Source of the DNA: Nitrospiraceae bacterium
Lineage (GTDB): Bacteria; Nitrospirota; Nitrospiria; Nitrospirales; Nitrospiraceae
Assembly: GCA_035454865.1 (NCBI GenBank)
Contig: DATIGF010000102.1
Location: 16,513 to 80,512, forward strand
Length of the DNA: 64,000 nucleotides
Direction of reading: 5' to 3'
In this document: positions 30,802-40,813 of the stretch, one piece after another
Layout of the letters: each line of letters starts with the position of its first letter
Position numbering within the stretch: position 1 is the stretch's first letter
Position numbers and translations under genes: made by a program
The notes under the pieces: generated by a model
What the model was told of the DNA's origin: nothing
Seen by the model: the letters and a program-made list of their open reading frames with translations, nothing else
Databases searched by the model: none

Positions 30802-31188
30802 ATGATTCCATCGGATTTGCGCTATCACAAAGAGCACGAGTGGGTTCGACTCAGCGGGAAGCAGGCCACCGTGGGGATCAGTCATTTTGCCCAGGATGCC
30901 TTGGGCGACATTGTGTTCTTGGATCTTCCCAAGGCGGGCGCTGTGGTGAAGGCAGGGCAGCAGATCGGCGAGGTGGAATCGACGAAAACGACCTCCACGA
31001 TCTATACGCCGGTGAGTGGCACAGTGGCGAAGATCAATACCGACTTGAAAGATCATCCGGAAGTCGTGAACTCGGATCCATACGGCAAGGGATGGATTGC
31101 GGTCATCGATCTCGCCAACCCGGTCGAAGTCGACCAATTGATGACTGCGGCACAGTACGAAGCGTTCCTCGCCTCTCAGAAACATTGA
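30802..31188 (+). CDS. gcvH: Glycine cleavage system H protein (lipoyl carrier)
   Basis: Y.KEHEWV, FAQDALGDIVF, EVESTK lipoyl lysine, NSDPYG.GW. Confidence 0.95.
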   Translation: MIPSDLRYHKEHEWVRLSGKQATVGISHFAQDALGDIVFLDLPKAGAVVKAGQQIGEVESTKTTSTIYTPVSGTVAKINTDLKDHPEVVNSDPYGKGWIAVIDLANPVEVDQLMTAAQYEAFLASQKH

Positions 31189-31272
31189 ACCATTTGAACG
31201 ATTGAATTGTTGGGCCATTGGTTCAGGGCAGGGAAATCAAAGTCCAATGAATCAATGAGTCAATGATGCAAT
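31184..31272. repeat. Degenerate 8-bp tandem repeats arranged as two inverted arms
   Basis: ATTGAACC-type units at 31184-31221; CAATGAAT CAATGAGT CAATGATG CAAT at 31245-31272. Confidence 0.6.
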
Positions 31273-31278
31273 CCACGC

Positions 31279-32712
31279 ATGGCTAGCTCCAAACACATCG
31301 CCATTCTTGGCGCCGGACCCGGCGGATATGTCGCTGCGATCCGTGCCGCTCAGCTCGGCGCGCGTGTGACGGTCGTTGAGCGGCAGGCGCTCGGCGGCGT
31401 GTGTTTGAACTGGGGCTGCATTCCAAGCAAAGCGCTCCTCTCCGTCATCGAACTCGGCGACAAGTTAAAAAAAGCGGACGATCTCGGTCTGATCCTGCCG
31501 GGGCCTGCTCGGTATGACCTCGCTCGGATGGTCGCGCGCAAAAACAAAGTGGTGGCGACTCTGGTTAAGGGTATCGCGACCCTCTTCAAAGCCTGGAATA
31601 TCGAGGTGGTGGAAGGGATAGGGGAGTTGCTGGACGCCCGGACGCTCGGGATCACCGGATCGGATGGCGCACAGCGGAAGGTTCAGGCCGATGCGATCAT
31701 TATTGCCACCGGCTCATCCTGGCCTCAGTTGCCGCAGTTCCCCATTGACGGCACGCAGATCATCACCAGCAAACAGGCCCTGGATCTGGAGGCCATCCCA
31801 AAGCGGATGGTTATTCTCGGAGCGGGTGTGGAAGGCTGCGAGTGCGCATCGCTTTTCAGCGGACTCGGGACCGTGGTTACCGTGGTTGAACTGCAACCGC
31901 GGGTGCTTCCACTGGAGGATGAAGAAGTCTCGACAATGATGGAGCGGGAACTGAAGAAACGCGGGGTCGACGTGAAGACCGGGACGACGATTAAGACGGT
32001 CGATCGCACAGCCGGCGCGTTGGCCGTGGGAATCGCGGACGGCACGCTAGTTGAGACGGATGTGCTGCTCATTTCCATCGGGCGCGGGTTTCATTCGCAG
32101 GGAATCGGGCTCGATCGCGTCGGTGTTGCGCTCGGGAAGCGCGGTGAAGTGATTGTCGATGAGCGAATGGAAACCAACATTCCCGGCATCTATGCCATTG
32201 GGGATGTGGTCGGCAAGGCGATGCTGGCTCATGTGGCGTCGGCTCAGGGAAAGGCCGCGGTGGAGAATGCCCTCGGCCATCCTGCGAGCATCAACTATGA
32301 TGTGATTCCAGCCGGCATCTTCACGCTGCCGGAAGTCGGTCGGGTCGGGTTGACGGAAACTCAGGCCCGGGAGCAGGCCCAGGCCGCTGGCGTGGACCCT
32401 GATAGTGCCGTGCGTGTCGGGCGGTTTCGCTATGCGGCGCTGGGCAAGGCGCAAGCGACCGGCGATATCACCGGCCTGTTTAAGGTTGTTGCAGACGCAG
32501 TGAGCGGAAAGATCCTGGGCGCTCACATCGTGGGCGCGCATGCTGCCGATTTGATTCACGAAGCGGCGCTGGCCATGGAATGCGGTGTGACGGTGGCACA
32601 GATGGCCAGGATGATCCATGCCCATCCCACGCTCGCTGAAGGAATGATGGAAGCGCTCGAGGACGTCGAGGGCGCTGCGATTCACCAAGTGCGGAAGAAG
32701 GCGGGCGCATGA
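31279..32712 (+). CDS. lpdA: Dihydrolipoamide dehydrogenase
   Basis: GAGPGGY, GGVCLNWGCIPSK, HAHPTLAE. Confidence 0.95.
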   Translation: MASSKHIAILGAGPGGYVAAIRAAQLGARVTVVERQALGGVCLNWGCIPSKALLSVIELGDKLKKADDLGLILPGPARYDLARMVARKNKVVATLVKGIATLFKAWNIEVVEGIGELLDARTLGITGSDGAQRKVQADAIIIATGSSWPQLPQFPIDGTQIITSKQALDLEAIPKRMVILGAGVEGCECASLFSGLGTVVTVVELQPRVLPLEDEEVSTMMERELKKRGVDVKTGTTIKTVDRTAGALAVGIADGTLVETDVLLISIGRGFHSQGIGLDRVGVALGKRGEVIVDERMETNIPGIYAIGDVVGKAMLAHVASAQGKAAVENALGHPASINYDVIPAGIFTLPEVGRVGLTETQAREQAQAAGVDPDSAVRVGRFRYAALGKAQATGDITGLFKVVADAVSGKILGAHIVGAHAADLIHEAALAMECGVTVAQMARMIHAHPTLAEGMMEALEDVEGAAIHQVRKKAGA

Positions 32713-33194
32713 TGCAGTCGCTCCTCCTGAAGCTCGGCATGCTGGCCATGACGATAGGAGTGGTGTTCTGGATCGGCTGGCAGGCGCCGCAGGCTGTGGT
32801 AAAAGACCTTGCTCCCGTGGACGGTGCGGATGGGAGCGCTCTGCCCGCGGAGGTTCCGACCGAGGCGGAAGAGACACCGGTCGACCGATCTGATCAGAGT
32901 GTCATGTCTGCGAAGGCTTCTGTTGAGGCGACGGTCACACGATCTGATGTGTCTCAACGCGGGTTGTTGGATCTCAATCTCGCCGGTCCGGAAGATCTGG
33001 AATCGTTGCCGGGCATTGGAGCCGTGCTGGCCCAGCGGGTGATTGCCTACAGGAAATCCGTGGGGAGATTCCATGCAGTCGAAGAGCTACGCGAGGTGAA
33101 GGGAATCGGCTCGAAGAAATTCGATCGACTCAAACCATTCGTGACAGTGGCCGCTTCAGGTACGAAGGGAAAGGCGGAGAAGCGGCCATCATGA
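32709..33194 (+). CDS. comEA: ComEA-family helix-hairpin-helix DNA receptor
   Basis: N-terminal TM; [17 protein letters not shown] and EVKGIG HhH motifs. Confidence 0.85.
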   Translation: MMQSLLLKLGMLAMTIGVVFWIGWQAPQAVVKDLAPVDGADGSALPAEVPTEAEETPVDRSDQSVMSAKASVEATVTRSDVSQRGLLDLNLAGPEDLESLPGIGAVLAQRVIAYRKSVGRFHAVEELREVKGIGSKKFDRLKPFVTVAASGTKGKAEKRPS

Positions 33195-34402
33195 ACGACG
33201 TGAAACAGCAACTGGAACTGATACTACGCGGTGCAGTGGAGGTGATTCAGCAGACTGAACTGGAGGCGAAGCTCACGCGGGCGCTCAAGGAGCAGCGGCC
33301 GTTACGGATCAAGGCCGGGTTTGATCCCACTGCCCCTGATCTCCACCTCGGGCACACCGTATTGATTCACAAGTTGAAGCATTTTCAGGATCTCGGCCAC
33401 CATGCAATCTTTTTGATCGGCGATTTTACGGGAATGATCGGCGATCCGACGGGCGTGTCGGAAACGCGCAGAGCATTGACGAAGGAGCAGGTGCTGGAGA
33501 ATGCCAAGACTTACCAGCGCCAGATCTTTAAGATTCTCGACCCGGCCAAAACGATCATCGAGTTCAATAGCCGATGGATGGGACCAATGACCGCTGAGGG
33601 GCTTATTCAGCTTGCCGCCCACTATCGGGTGGCGCGGATGATGGAGCGCGATGACTTCCATAAGCGCTATCATGAACAGAAGCCGATTAGCGTGCATGAG
33701 TTTTTATACCCGCTGGTGCAGGGGTACGATTCAGTCGCCTTGAAGGCGGATGTGGAGCTGGGTGGCACCGATCAGAAGTTCAACCTCCTTGTGGGGCGTG
33801 AACTGCAGCGGGATTTCGGCCAGGAGTCGCAGGTTGTGATCACCATGCCGTTGCTCGAAGGAACGGACGGCGTCAAGAAGATGAGCAAGAGCCTCGGAAA
33901 CTACATCGCACTGGAGGATAAACCGGGCGACATGTTCGGCAAGGTGATGTCGATCAGCGACGCGCTGATGCACCGTTATTATGAGCTGCTTACGACGGAG
34001 GACCTCGGTCGAGTGAAAGGACTGCATCCGATGGAAGCCAAACAGCTGCTGGCCGAGTTAATCGTCGGACGCTACCACGGAGCCGAAGCCGGCCGGCAGG
34101 CGAGAGCCGAGTTCCAACAGAAGTTTCAGGAGCGCGAATTTCCCGATGAGCCTGACGTACGGTTGAAACTGACCGCGCAAGACCTCCGCGATGGGCAGGG
34201 GATGGGTTTGGTGGATCTGGTCGCGAAGACCGGGCTGGTACCCAGTAAGAGCGAGGCACGCCGCCTGATTATTCAAGGCGGTGTCGAGGTCAACGGGCAA
34301 AAGCAGAACGATGCCAACACGGTGGTGACCATCACCGCCGGTCGGCAGTACCGACTCAAGGTCGGGCGTCGGAAGTTTGCTATCGTCGAGCGAGTCCAAT
34401 AG
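33191..34402 (+). CDS. tyrS: Tyrosine--tRNA ligase
   Basis: [27 protein letters not shown]-terminal S4 domain. Confidence 0.97.
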   Translation: MNDVKQQLELILRGAVEVIQQTELEAKLTRALKEQRPLRIKAGFDPTAPDLHLGHTVLIHKLKHFQDLGHHAIFLIGDFTGMIGDPTGVSETRRALTKEQVLENAKTYQRQIFKILDPAKTIIEFNSRWMGPMTAEGLIQLAAHYRVARMMERDDFHKRYHEQKPISVHEFLYPLVQGYDSVALKADVELGGTDQKFNLLVGRELQRDFGQESQVVITMPLLEGTDGVKKMSKSLGNYIALEDKPGDMFGKVMSISDALMHRYYELLTTEDLGRVKGLHPMEAKQLLAELIVGRYHGAEAGRQARAEFQQKFQEREFPDEPDVRLKLTAQDLRDGQGMGLVDLVAKTGLVPSKSEARRLIIQGGVEVNGQKQNDANTVVTITAGRQYRLKVGRRKFAIVERVQ

Positions 34403-34455
34403 CGCTGCGTTCCTTGACTTGGTATAGAAGCCCGGCGTAGGATTCGATTGAGCGA

Positions 34456-34530
34456 GCGGGCGTAGCTCAGTGGTAGAGTCCTTGCTTCCCAAGCAAGTTG
34501 TCGTGGGTTCAAATCCCATCGCCCGCTCCA
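34456..34530 (+). tRNA. tRNA-Gly(CCC)
   Basis: GCGGGCG/CGCCCGC acceptor stem, CTTGC-TTCCCAA-GCAAG anticodon arm, TTCAA loop, encoded CCA; upstream TTGACT-N18-TAGGAT. Confidence 0.96.
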
Positions 34531-34580
34531 ATTAGAAAACGTGAAACCTCAAACGTAATGTGTCATACGTTAGTGGGGAG

Positions 34581-34615
34581 GACTTGAGAGCTGCCAGGCT
34601 TTCAAGTCTTTTTTT
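34581..34615 (+). terminator. Intrinsic terminator after tRNA-Gly
   Basis: GACTTGAGAG...CTTTCAAGTC followed by a T run. Confidence 0.7.
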
Positions 34616-34716
34616 GTTTCAGAAAAGGGCGGTGCGGTGCTTCCTGTAGGCGAAGACATCGAGAAATTGACGCTAAGCATCTAGTGGTTTGGCGAAATCT
34701 TACGAAAGGATACCTT

Positions 34717-35031
34717 GTGAAATCAAAACGATTTCTTCTGCTTCTTGGAGCAGCGTTCTTCGGAGGATTGGTCGGCGGTGTGCTGAGTGACCAGGTCTTT
34801 TCGACCAAGTCCGCTCAGGCGCAAAAAGCCAATGGGGTAAATGCTGAGGAGTTCTTGCTCCTCGATTCAGGGGGGAAAGCCAGAGCCGGTCTGGGTTTGG
34901 ATGCGAATGGCGAGGTCGGGCTGGTGCTCACGAGCAAAGACGGCAGCCGTACCTTGACCCTCTCCCCCGATGATCGATCGGCGATCAAGTTAGTCGAGAG
35001 GGGGGGACGGATTCTGTGGGGAGCGCCGTAA
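34717..35031 (+). CDS. Small exported/membrane-anchored hypothetical protein
   Basis: AAGGA RBS with GTG start; N-terminal hydrophobic helix; beta-rich repeats (LLDSGGKARAGL, LTSKDGSRTL). Confidence 0.7.
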   Translation: MKSKRFLLLLGAAFFGGLVGGVLSDQVFSTKSAQAQKANGVNAEEFLLLDSGGKARAGLGLDANGEVGLVLTSKDGSRTLTLSPDDRSAIKLVERGGRILWGAP

Positions 35032-35056
35032 GTGCTTGGGGAAAACGGAGGGGGTG

Positions 35057-35248
35057 CTAGACCGCCTTCTTAACCAACCCTGAACGCAAGCAACGGGTAC
35101 ACACACGAATTCGCTTGTGGGCACCATCGACAACCGCGCGAACCGTTTGAATATTCGGGTTAAATACCCGTCTGGTCTTATTGTTCGCGTGACTGACGTT
35201 GTTCCCGGACTGATGCTTCTTTTGACAGAGATCACACATAAAGGCCAC
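35057..35248 (-). CDS. rpmB: 50S ribosomal protein L28 (Cys-containing)
   Basis: CDLC.K....[25 protein letters not shown]. Confidence 0.96.
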   Translation of the reverse strand: MAFMCDLCQKKHQSGNNVSHANNKTRRVFNPNIQTVRAVVDGAHKRIRVCTRCLRSGLVKKAV

Positions 35249-35578
35249 GGTAACGCTCCTTCCGAGTAAGTCGATGCCGGTATAAACGCCGTGATGCTAC
35301 CATAGGTTGACGGACGGTGACAAGCGCCTTGCGAGCCAGGACTGTCGGGGTTCTTTTCGGAGAGGCAGGGCGAGGGAGCTTGTGGAGTCGGTAAGGAAAT
35401 CTGATTTCCATCCCGAACGCCAACTACGCGAGTGTTTCGGCCTACGTTTCAGCAGGCAGGGAATACGCATATCTCCGGAACGAAGCTAAACTCGCTTCGA
35501 TTTCTCACATTGAACTACTCTGGCAGGTGTGAGGGACGCCCAGTTGCAGGAGTCCGCTGAGGAGCCCCCATGTCGGTA

Positions 35579-36988
35579 TTACCGTCGAGCCGAATGTGCT
35601 CCGGTCGTTGATGGCGAATCCATCGCTAGGGTGAGCGGCACGCTGATGTCGAAGGTGGGATCGCCCCCGTCATCCAAGCCATCTTTTCCGACGCTGTAGA
35701 GCTTTTTCTGAGTCGGACTCCACAACATTGGGAAGCCCGTGAACGGATCGAAAAACATCGATCCCACTTCTGCCAGTCGGGTGGGGATAGTGACTGTCGC
35801 CGTCGGTTGCCTCATTAAGATTTGCAGGGCGACCAAGCGCAGTCGTGCATCGGTTTCGACGAGTCGTTGGCTGAAGGGTTCCCAATTCGGCGAAAACTCC
35901 AGCGGGTTGATGATTCTCTCCAGCACGGTCAGCGGGGAATGGCGTGCGACGTCATGCAACTTGGGGAGCGGGCTGTGTACGGACTCCGCCGCCTTGATGG
36001 TCGCGTCGTAGAATGCGGCATAGGTATCCCAAGTCCGTTGCGACGAGGTCGAAAGACCGAGGATGTTTCGCATGCGGGGGTGTTCAATGGCCCGGAACAT
36101 TTCCGGTTGTAGACGGGCTGCGTGAGCCAGCGATTCTTTCGTCGGCCCATCCGTATCGTCTTGAGGGAGGAGGTCGCGGTCAATTTGTTGCCCCTGCGTG
36201 TAACCCAGCACGAACTGGCTTTGAACGGGCCAGCGAAGTGAGTACTCGCTGGAGGTCAAGGGCTGGAGAAGATTCAACCCGCGGGTCAACACGGCTCGGT
36301 CGACTGTCTTATGATTTAGGATGCGAGAGAGGAGACGCACGTCGTCCTCCAGCATAATCACGGCCAGGAGTTTCATCGGCAACGCGCGTGCCTCACGGAG
36401 CAATATCCGCCATCGACCCATATCGGTCGTCAGTCGTTCCAGTCCTATCTTGGTCTGTTGTCTGAAGCCCTCGGCGATATAGAGACGGTGTGTTCCCAAG
36501 AGTTCTTCGATGCGCGGCACGCCCCGGTGTGCGTAGCCCCAGTCTTCGAAACGCATCTGTAGCCATCGTTCGTATCGCTTGAGCAGTGTGTTGTATCGCG
36601 CGAGCGAGGTCCTAAAGAGCGCATCGCGCCGCTGAAAGTCTTCAACGGGATCAGGCGAGTTCCATTCAGGGAGTACTTGATCGAGTGCGATGGGAATTCG
36701 GAGCTCTGATCTGCCCGGTTTGTTGAGGTCGAACCCTTGCCGGCCTGATTGGGTGTCTGATTCCAGCCAGATGTCGTAGCCGGATTGAACAGGGTCTGAG
36801 CTCGGGGACGATGCAAACCCTAGGAGAAGAAAGTATCCGTTCTCGAGGGGGTTTTCGATTGACCGAGCCGGTGGCTCCGACAGTTTCAAGAATGTTTCGC
36901 TTGGCTTGTCCTTTTTCGAAGACCAGATCAGTCCGGATACCTCGAGGAAGAGCCCAGCGATGCAGAGACCGATAATTATGTTACGCAT
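35579..36988 (-). CDS. Membrane-anchored/exported hypothetical protein
   Basis: 469-aa ORF with N-terminal TM; C-terminal DPFTG.P...LYSVGKDGLDDGG motif. Confidence 0.75.
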   Translation of the reverse strand: MRNIIIGLCIAGLFLEVSGLIWSSKKDKPSETFLKLSEPPARSIENPLENGYFLLLGFASSPSSDPVQSGYDIWLESDTQSGRQGFDLNKPGRSELRIPIALDQVLPEWNSPDPVEDFQRRDALFRTSLARYNTLLKRYERWLQMRFEDWGYAHRGVPRIEELLGTHRLYIAEGFRQQTKIGLERLTTDMGRWRILLREARALPMKLLAVIMLEDDVRLLSRILNHKTVDRAVLTRGLNLLQPLTSSEYSLRWPVQSQFVLGYTQGQQIDRDLLPQDDTDGPTKESLAHAARLQPEMFRAIEHPRMRNILGLSTSSQRTWDTYAAFYDATIKAAESVHSPLPKLHDVARHSPLTVLERIINPLEFSPNWEPFSQRLVETDARLRLVALQILMRQPTATVTIPTRLAEVGSMFFDPFTGFPMLWSPTQKKLYSVGKDGLDDGGDPTFDISVPLTLAMDSPSTTGAHSARR

Positions 36989-37097
36989 AAGCTACGCTCT
37001 ACCTTTGCTTCGGATTCTCACCAGGCCGACCATCGACCAGTGGTTGACGGTCACTTTGCTCACTGCCCATCGAACGAGACGGTCATTCTTGGGTTGA

Positions 37098-37113
37098 GCA
37101 AGCCTCGTGCCGA
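37098..37113 (-). promoter_or_regulatory. sigma54 (-24/-12) promoter
   Basis: Minus strand TCGGCACGAGGCTTGC matches GG-N10-GC / TGGCACG-N4-TTGC, about 110 nt upstream of the ATG at 36988. Confidence 0.65.
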
Positions 37114-37265
37114 ATGGCACTTCCAAGACCCCTTATTCGATAAGCAGTTCTGTCCTGCGCAGCGATCGAAATGTGTCTGAAAGGTGATGGTGGCGCCCCG
37201 GGTCGGACATTATTGAACTTGACAAGTTTTGTCACTCTCTCCTATTGTGCCCCCACATCAGTGCT

Positions 37266-37429
37266 GATCCTGAGTGACGGGAAGGGGGTGAGAATCCCTC
37301 GCGGTCCCGCCGCTGTATAGGGGACGAACCCCGCAAATGCCACTGTCCTCGCGGGAGGATGGGAAGGTGCGGGAAGTAGATCGGTGGTCAAGCCACCGGT
37401 CCCCTGAGCCAGAAGACCTCCTCAGGATC
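37266..37429 (+). ncRNA. Cobalamin riboswitch 1
   Basis: GGGAA..GGTG.AATCC, CCCGCCGCTGT, GCCACTG, GGGAAGG, GAGCCAGAAGACC; closing stem GATCCTGAG/CTCAGGATC; upstream of btuFCD. Confidence 0.9.
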
Positions 37430-37462
37430 TTGTTAATCTCTCCCTCGTGGGCTGGGGAGGGG

Positions 37463-38506
37463 ATGAGGATGAGTATGCGGGTGCAATCCTCAGGGTGTCT
37501 GCCCTGGGGATTTTTTATTTTGAGCCGAATCCTTACCAGCCGGTGGGTTGCGACGGTGAGTGTTGTGCTCATGTCGCTGTGGTTAGGCGGCATTGCCTGG
37601 GCGGCGACCATTGGAGATGTGTCGGATATGAAACGGCGTCAGCAGGGAATTCTTACCGGCATGCCGTTCATGGCTCATGTTTCGCAACGCAGTTTCGTCG
37701 ACGATCTTGGCCGGCGCATTTATCTGGCCAAGCCTCCCGTTCGCATCGTTTCGCTGGCTCCGAGCGTCACGGAGACACTCTTTGCGCTTGGTGCAGGAGA
37801 GCAGATCGTCGGAGTCACCCAGTTCTGCGACTATCCGGCTGAGGCCCAAGCAAAGCCGAAGGTCGGATACGCTCGTCCCAACCTCGAAGCCTTGGTGGCG
37901 TTGCAACCCGACCTCATTCTAGCCCCGCAGGAATTTATTCAGCGGGACGTCCTCGCGAAGCTGGAGCATTTGAAGATTTCCGTCTTTGTGATCGACGCCA
38001 AGACAATCGAAGACATCGTGACGCACGTGACCACTGTCGGACGCATGTTGGAGCGAACTGTTGCGGCCAACGACCTGACTGCGCGTATCCGGCAACGGGT
38101 TGTCGAAATCAAGGCACGCACGAGCGTGTTTGCCAAGCGGCGTGTCCTTTACGTACTGAATAGCGAACCGCTGATGACGGTCGGCCCGGGCAGCTTTATC
38201 CATCAGATGATCGAGGTCGCCGGGGGCGTAAATGTCGCCGCTCAATCCAGCGTGCCCTATCCACGGATTAGTTTGGAGGAAGTCCTCAAGCAGGATCCCG
38301 AGGTCATTCTGTTTCCCATCGGGAAGGCTGAGACGGTGTCTGATGAAGAGCAGCAGACATGGCGTCGCTGGACGACCATGAGCGCGGTCAAACAGGATCG
38401 TTTTGCCAACATACCAACCGACTTGGTGAATCGCCCGGGACCGCGCATTGGGGAAGGGTTGGACGCATTGGCTCGAGCCATTCATCCTGAAGCCTTCGCT
38501 CCATGA
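37463..38506 (+). CDS. btuF: Cobalamin-binding periplasmic protein (start uncertain, may be 37520-37628)
   Basis: RIVSLAPSVTE.LFALG, VGVT.FCDYP, RPGPRI; downstream of a B12 riboswitch. Confidence 0.88.
   Translation: MRMSMRVQSSGCLPWGFFILSRILTSRWVATVSVVLMSLWLGGIAWAATIGDVSDMKRRQQGILTGMPFMAHVSQRSFVDDLGRRIYLAKPPVRIVSLAPSVTETLFALGAGEQIVGVTQFCDYPAEAQAKPKVGYARPNLEALVALQPDLILAPQEFIQRDVLAKLEHLKISVFVIDAKTIEDIVTHVTTVGRMLERTVAANDLTARIRQRVVEIKARTSVFAKRRVLYVLNSEPLMTVGPGSFIHQMIEVAGGVNVAAQSSVPYPRISLEEVLKQDPEVILFPIGKAETVSDEEQQTWRRWTTMSAVKQDRFANIPTDLVNRPGPRIGEGLDALARAIHPEAFAP
37485..37520 (+). terminator. Terminator-like hairpin downstream of riboswitch 1
   Basis: AATCCTCAGGG-tgtctg-CCCTGGGGATT followed by TTTTATTT. 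Confidence 0.6.
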
Positions 38507-39675
38507 TTCCGTCAATAACACCATTGCCCAGTCAAACCCAGGATATGAGGAGATCCGGAGGCTCCGAGCCTTCCGCCAACGGGGAAACTCCGATTGTCTT
38601 GCCACAAGGGTGGCCGGGGGCTTCGCATGAATCTCTTCCGGCGTCATCGCGGTGGGTTGCCACGATGTTGGTTCTGGTGGGGATGAGTTTCGTGGTTTTA
38701 GCCGGGTGTTTGCGTTTCGGGGCCGAACCGGTTTCATTCGGCGACGCTGCACGGATTCTATTCAGCGCTCTGCGAGGTGACCCCGCTGAACGCGAAACTG
38801 CGGGTCCGGCGACCGTCATTCTACTTCAGATCAGGTTGCCGCGCGTGTTGTTGAGTTGTCTAGTCGGCGGAAGCCTCGCCGTCGTCGGTGCCGTCCTGCA
38901 GGCGTTGCTGCGCAACCCTTTAGCGGACCCTTACGTCCTCGGGATTTCCAGCGGCGCTGCTTTCGGGGCGGGCCTTGCGATACTGCTCGGGATCGGGACA
39001 ACGCTCTGGGCCTTGGCTGCGCTTCCTCTCTTCGCGTTTGCCGGCGGGCTTCTGGCTCTGCTCGTTGTGTATCTCATTACGAGGGTTGACGGACAATTGC
39101 CGGTGTCGGTGTTGTTGCTTGCCGGTGTAATTCTCAACGCCATCTTCTCTGCATGCCTCATGTTCGTGACGTCAATCATGGAACCAAACCGATCCTTCGG
39201 GATGATGACGTGGTTGATGGGAACTTTGACGGCGCCAACGTATCAATCGTTGTTGGTTCTCGCCTTGTATCTGTCGACGGGGAGTATTCTCCTGGTGCGC
39301 TTCGCTCGACCACTGAATCTCCTGGCCTTGGGTGAGCAGGCCGCGCGCTCGTTGGGTGTGGAAGTAGAGCAGGTCAAACATCGAGTGTTCGTGATCAGTG
39401 CGCTTATGACAGGAGTTGTGGTGTCGGTAAGCGGGATGATCGGGTTTGTGGGCATGGTAATTCCTCATGCGGTACGAATGGTGCTGGGAGCGGATCATCG
39501 GCTTCTGTTGCCGGCCGCGTTCTTCGCCGGGGCGATGTTTCTCATGATCGCAGATACGATTGCGCGGACTATCCTGGCGCCGGCAGAAATTCCAGTCGGT
39601 ATCGTTACTGCGCTTGCCGGTGGACCGTTTTTCATCTACCTGCTGATATCCCAAAAGGGAGCGATGACCAGGTGA
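38503..39675 (+). CDS. btuC: Cobalamin ABC transporter permease (FecCD family)
   Basis: IRLPRV, LLRNPLADPYVLGISSGA, GMIGFVG, EIPVGIVT. Confidence 0.88.
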   Translation: MIPSITPLPSQTQDMRRSGGSEPSANGETPIVLPQGWPGASHESLPASSRWVATMLVLVGMSFVVLAGCLRFGAEPVSFGDAARILFSALRGDPAERETAGPATVILLQIRLPRVLLSCLVGGSLAVVGAVLQALLRNPLADPYVLGISSGAAFGAGLAILLGIGTTLWALAALPLFAFAGGLLALLVVYLITRVDGQLPVSVLLLAGVILNAIFSACLMFVTSIMEPNRSFGMMTWLMGTLTAPTYQSLLVLALYLSTGSILLVRFARPLNLLALGEQAARSLGVEVEQVKHRVFVISALMTGVVVSVSGMIGFVGMVIPHAVRMVLGADHRLLLPAAFFAGAMFLMIADTIARTILAPAEIPVGIVTALAGGPFFIYLLISQKGAMTR

Positions 39676-40535
39676 CGTCACCCGTGTATCACGTGACGGA
39701 CGTGCGGTTTCGTCACAACCACAATCGATCAGCAGCGAAGAATTGGGTGTTTGAGGGGTTGAGCTTTGCCGTGAGCCCGGGTGAGTTCATCGGCATTCTT
39801 GGACCCAACGGATCGGGAAAGACGTCGCTTCTGAATTTACTGGCCCGATTGAAGCACCCCCAAGCGGGCACGATCCGGCTATTTGGCGAGAACCTGGTGC
39901 AACTGAAGCAGGACGCGATTGCCCGCACCGTTGCTCTGGTTCCCCAGGACTATCTTCCCACGTTTCCATTTTCGGTTGAAGAAAGCGTCCTGATGGGGCG
40001 GTTCCCTCACCAGCGATCCGATACTTTCTTTTCCCTGTTGTCGGGCATGGGATGGGAAAGCGACGTTGATCGGAAGATTGCATGGTCGGCCATGCAAGAA
40101 ACGAATGTGGCCCATCTGGCAACCCGTTCCATTGAGGCAGTCTCGGGCGGCGAGCGGCAGCGGGTGTTGATAGCCCGGGCGCTGACACAAGAGCCGCGTG
40201 TCATGCTCCTGGATGAACCAACCGCCCATCTCGATCTTCATCACCAGATGGAAACCTGTCGCCTGCTGCGGAGGTTGAATGACGATCGCGGGTTGACGGT
40301 GATCCTTGTGTCACATGACTTGAATCTTGCCAGCCAGTATTGTGATCGCTTGCTGTTACTGGATCATGGGCGGATTGTGGCTTTGGGCACGCCTCATGAA
40401 GTGCTGCGTGCCGAGACTTTGCGTGCCGTGTATGGTTGCGACGTTCTTGTCGATCAGCACCCGGCCTCAGGTCTGCCGCGAATTACGATACCGGGCCGTG
40501 TGAATGCGGGCGGTAGTCCGATGCAGAGCATCTGA
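39672..40535 (+). CDS. btuD: Cobalamin ABC transporter ATP-binding protein
   Basis: GPNGSGKT, SGGERQRV, LLDEPT, SHD. Confidence 0.88.
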   Translation: MTSPVYHVTDVRFRHNHNRSAAKNWVFEGLSFAVSPGEFIGILGPNGSGKTSLLNLLARLKHPQAGTIRLFGENLVQLKQDAIARTVALVPQDYLPTFPFSVEESVLMGRFPHQRSDTFFSLLSGMGWESDVDRKIAWSAMQETNVAHLATRSIEAVSGGERQRVLIARALTQEPRVMLLDEPTAHLDLHHQMETCRLLRRLNDDRGLTVILVSHDLNLASQYCDRLLLLDHGRIVALGTPHEVLRAETLRAVYGCDVLVDQHPASGLPRITIPGRVNAGGSPMQSI

Positions 40536-40622
40536 ATAGACCGATAGCCGGATGGGCCCGTACCCGGTCCTCCGGTGAGGGAGATAGGGTACATATTAAT
40601 AGTGGAGGGAGTTCTCGGGAAT

Positions 40623-40774
40623 CACGCGTCAGCGCCGGGGAAGACGGTGCAAGTCCGTCACGGTGCCGCCACTGTAAGCGGGGAGTGACTCTGCACACAG
40701 CCACTGCGCGGGAGACCGTGCGGGAAGGCGCAGAGGAGCGACAATCCGCAAGTCAGGAGACTCAGCTGACGTGG
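40623..40774 (+). ncRNA. Cobalamin riboswitch 2
   Basis: GGGAA..CGGTGCAAGTCCG, GCCGCCACTGT, GCCACTG, GGGAAGGC, AAGTCAGGAGAC; closing stem CGTCAGC/GCTGACG; upstream of a TonB-dependent receptor. Confidence 0.9.
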
Positions 40775-40813
40775 TCATTCAACTCACCCCTTCGAGCATG
40801 AGGGAGGTTTATT

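Noticed and set aside
35250-35575. Intergenic stretch as a possible ncRNA (6S, tmRNA, RNase P)
   Set aside because: No diagnostic motifs recognised; part of it is plausibly the rpmB promoter
34456-36988. Possible genomic island integrated at tRNA-Gly
   Set aside because: No integrase or att repeat; rpmB follows within about 500 bp
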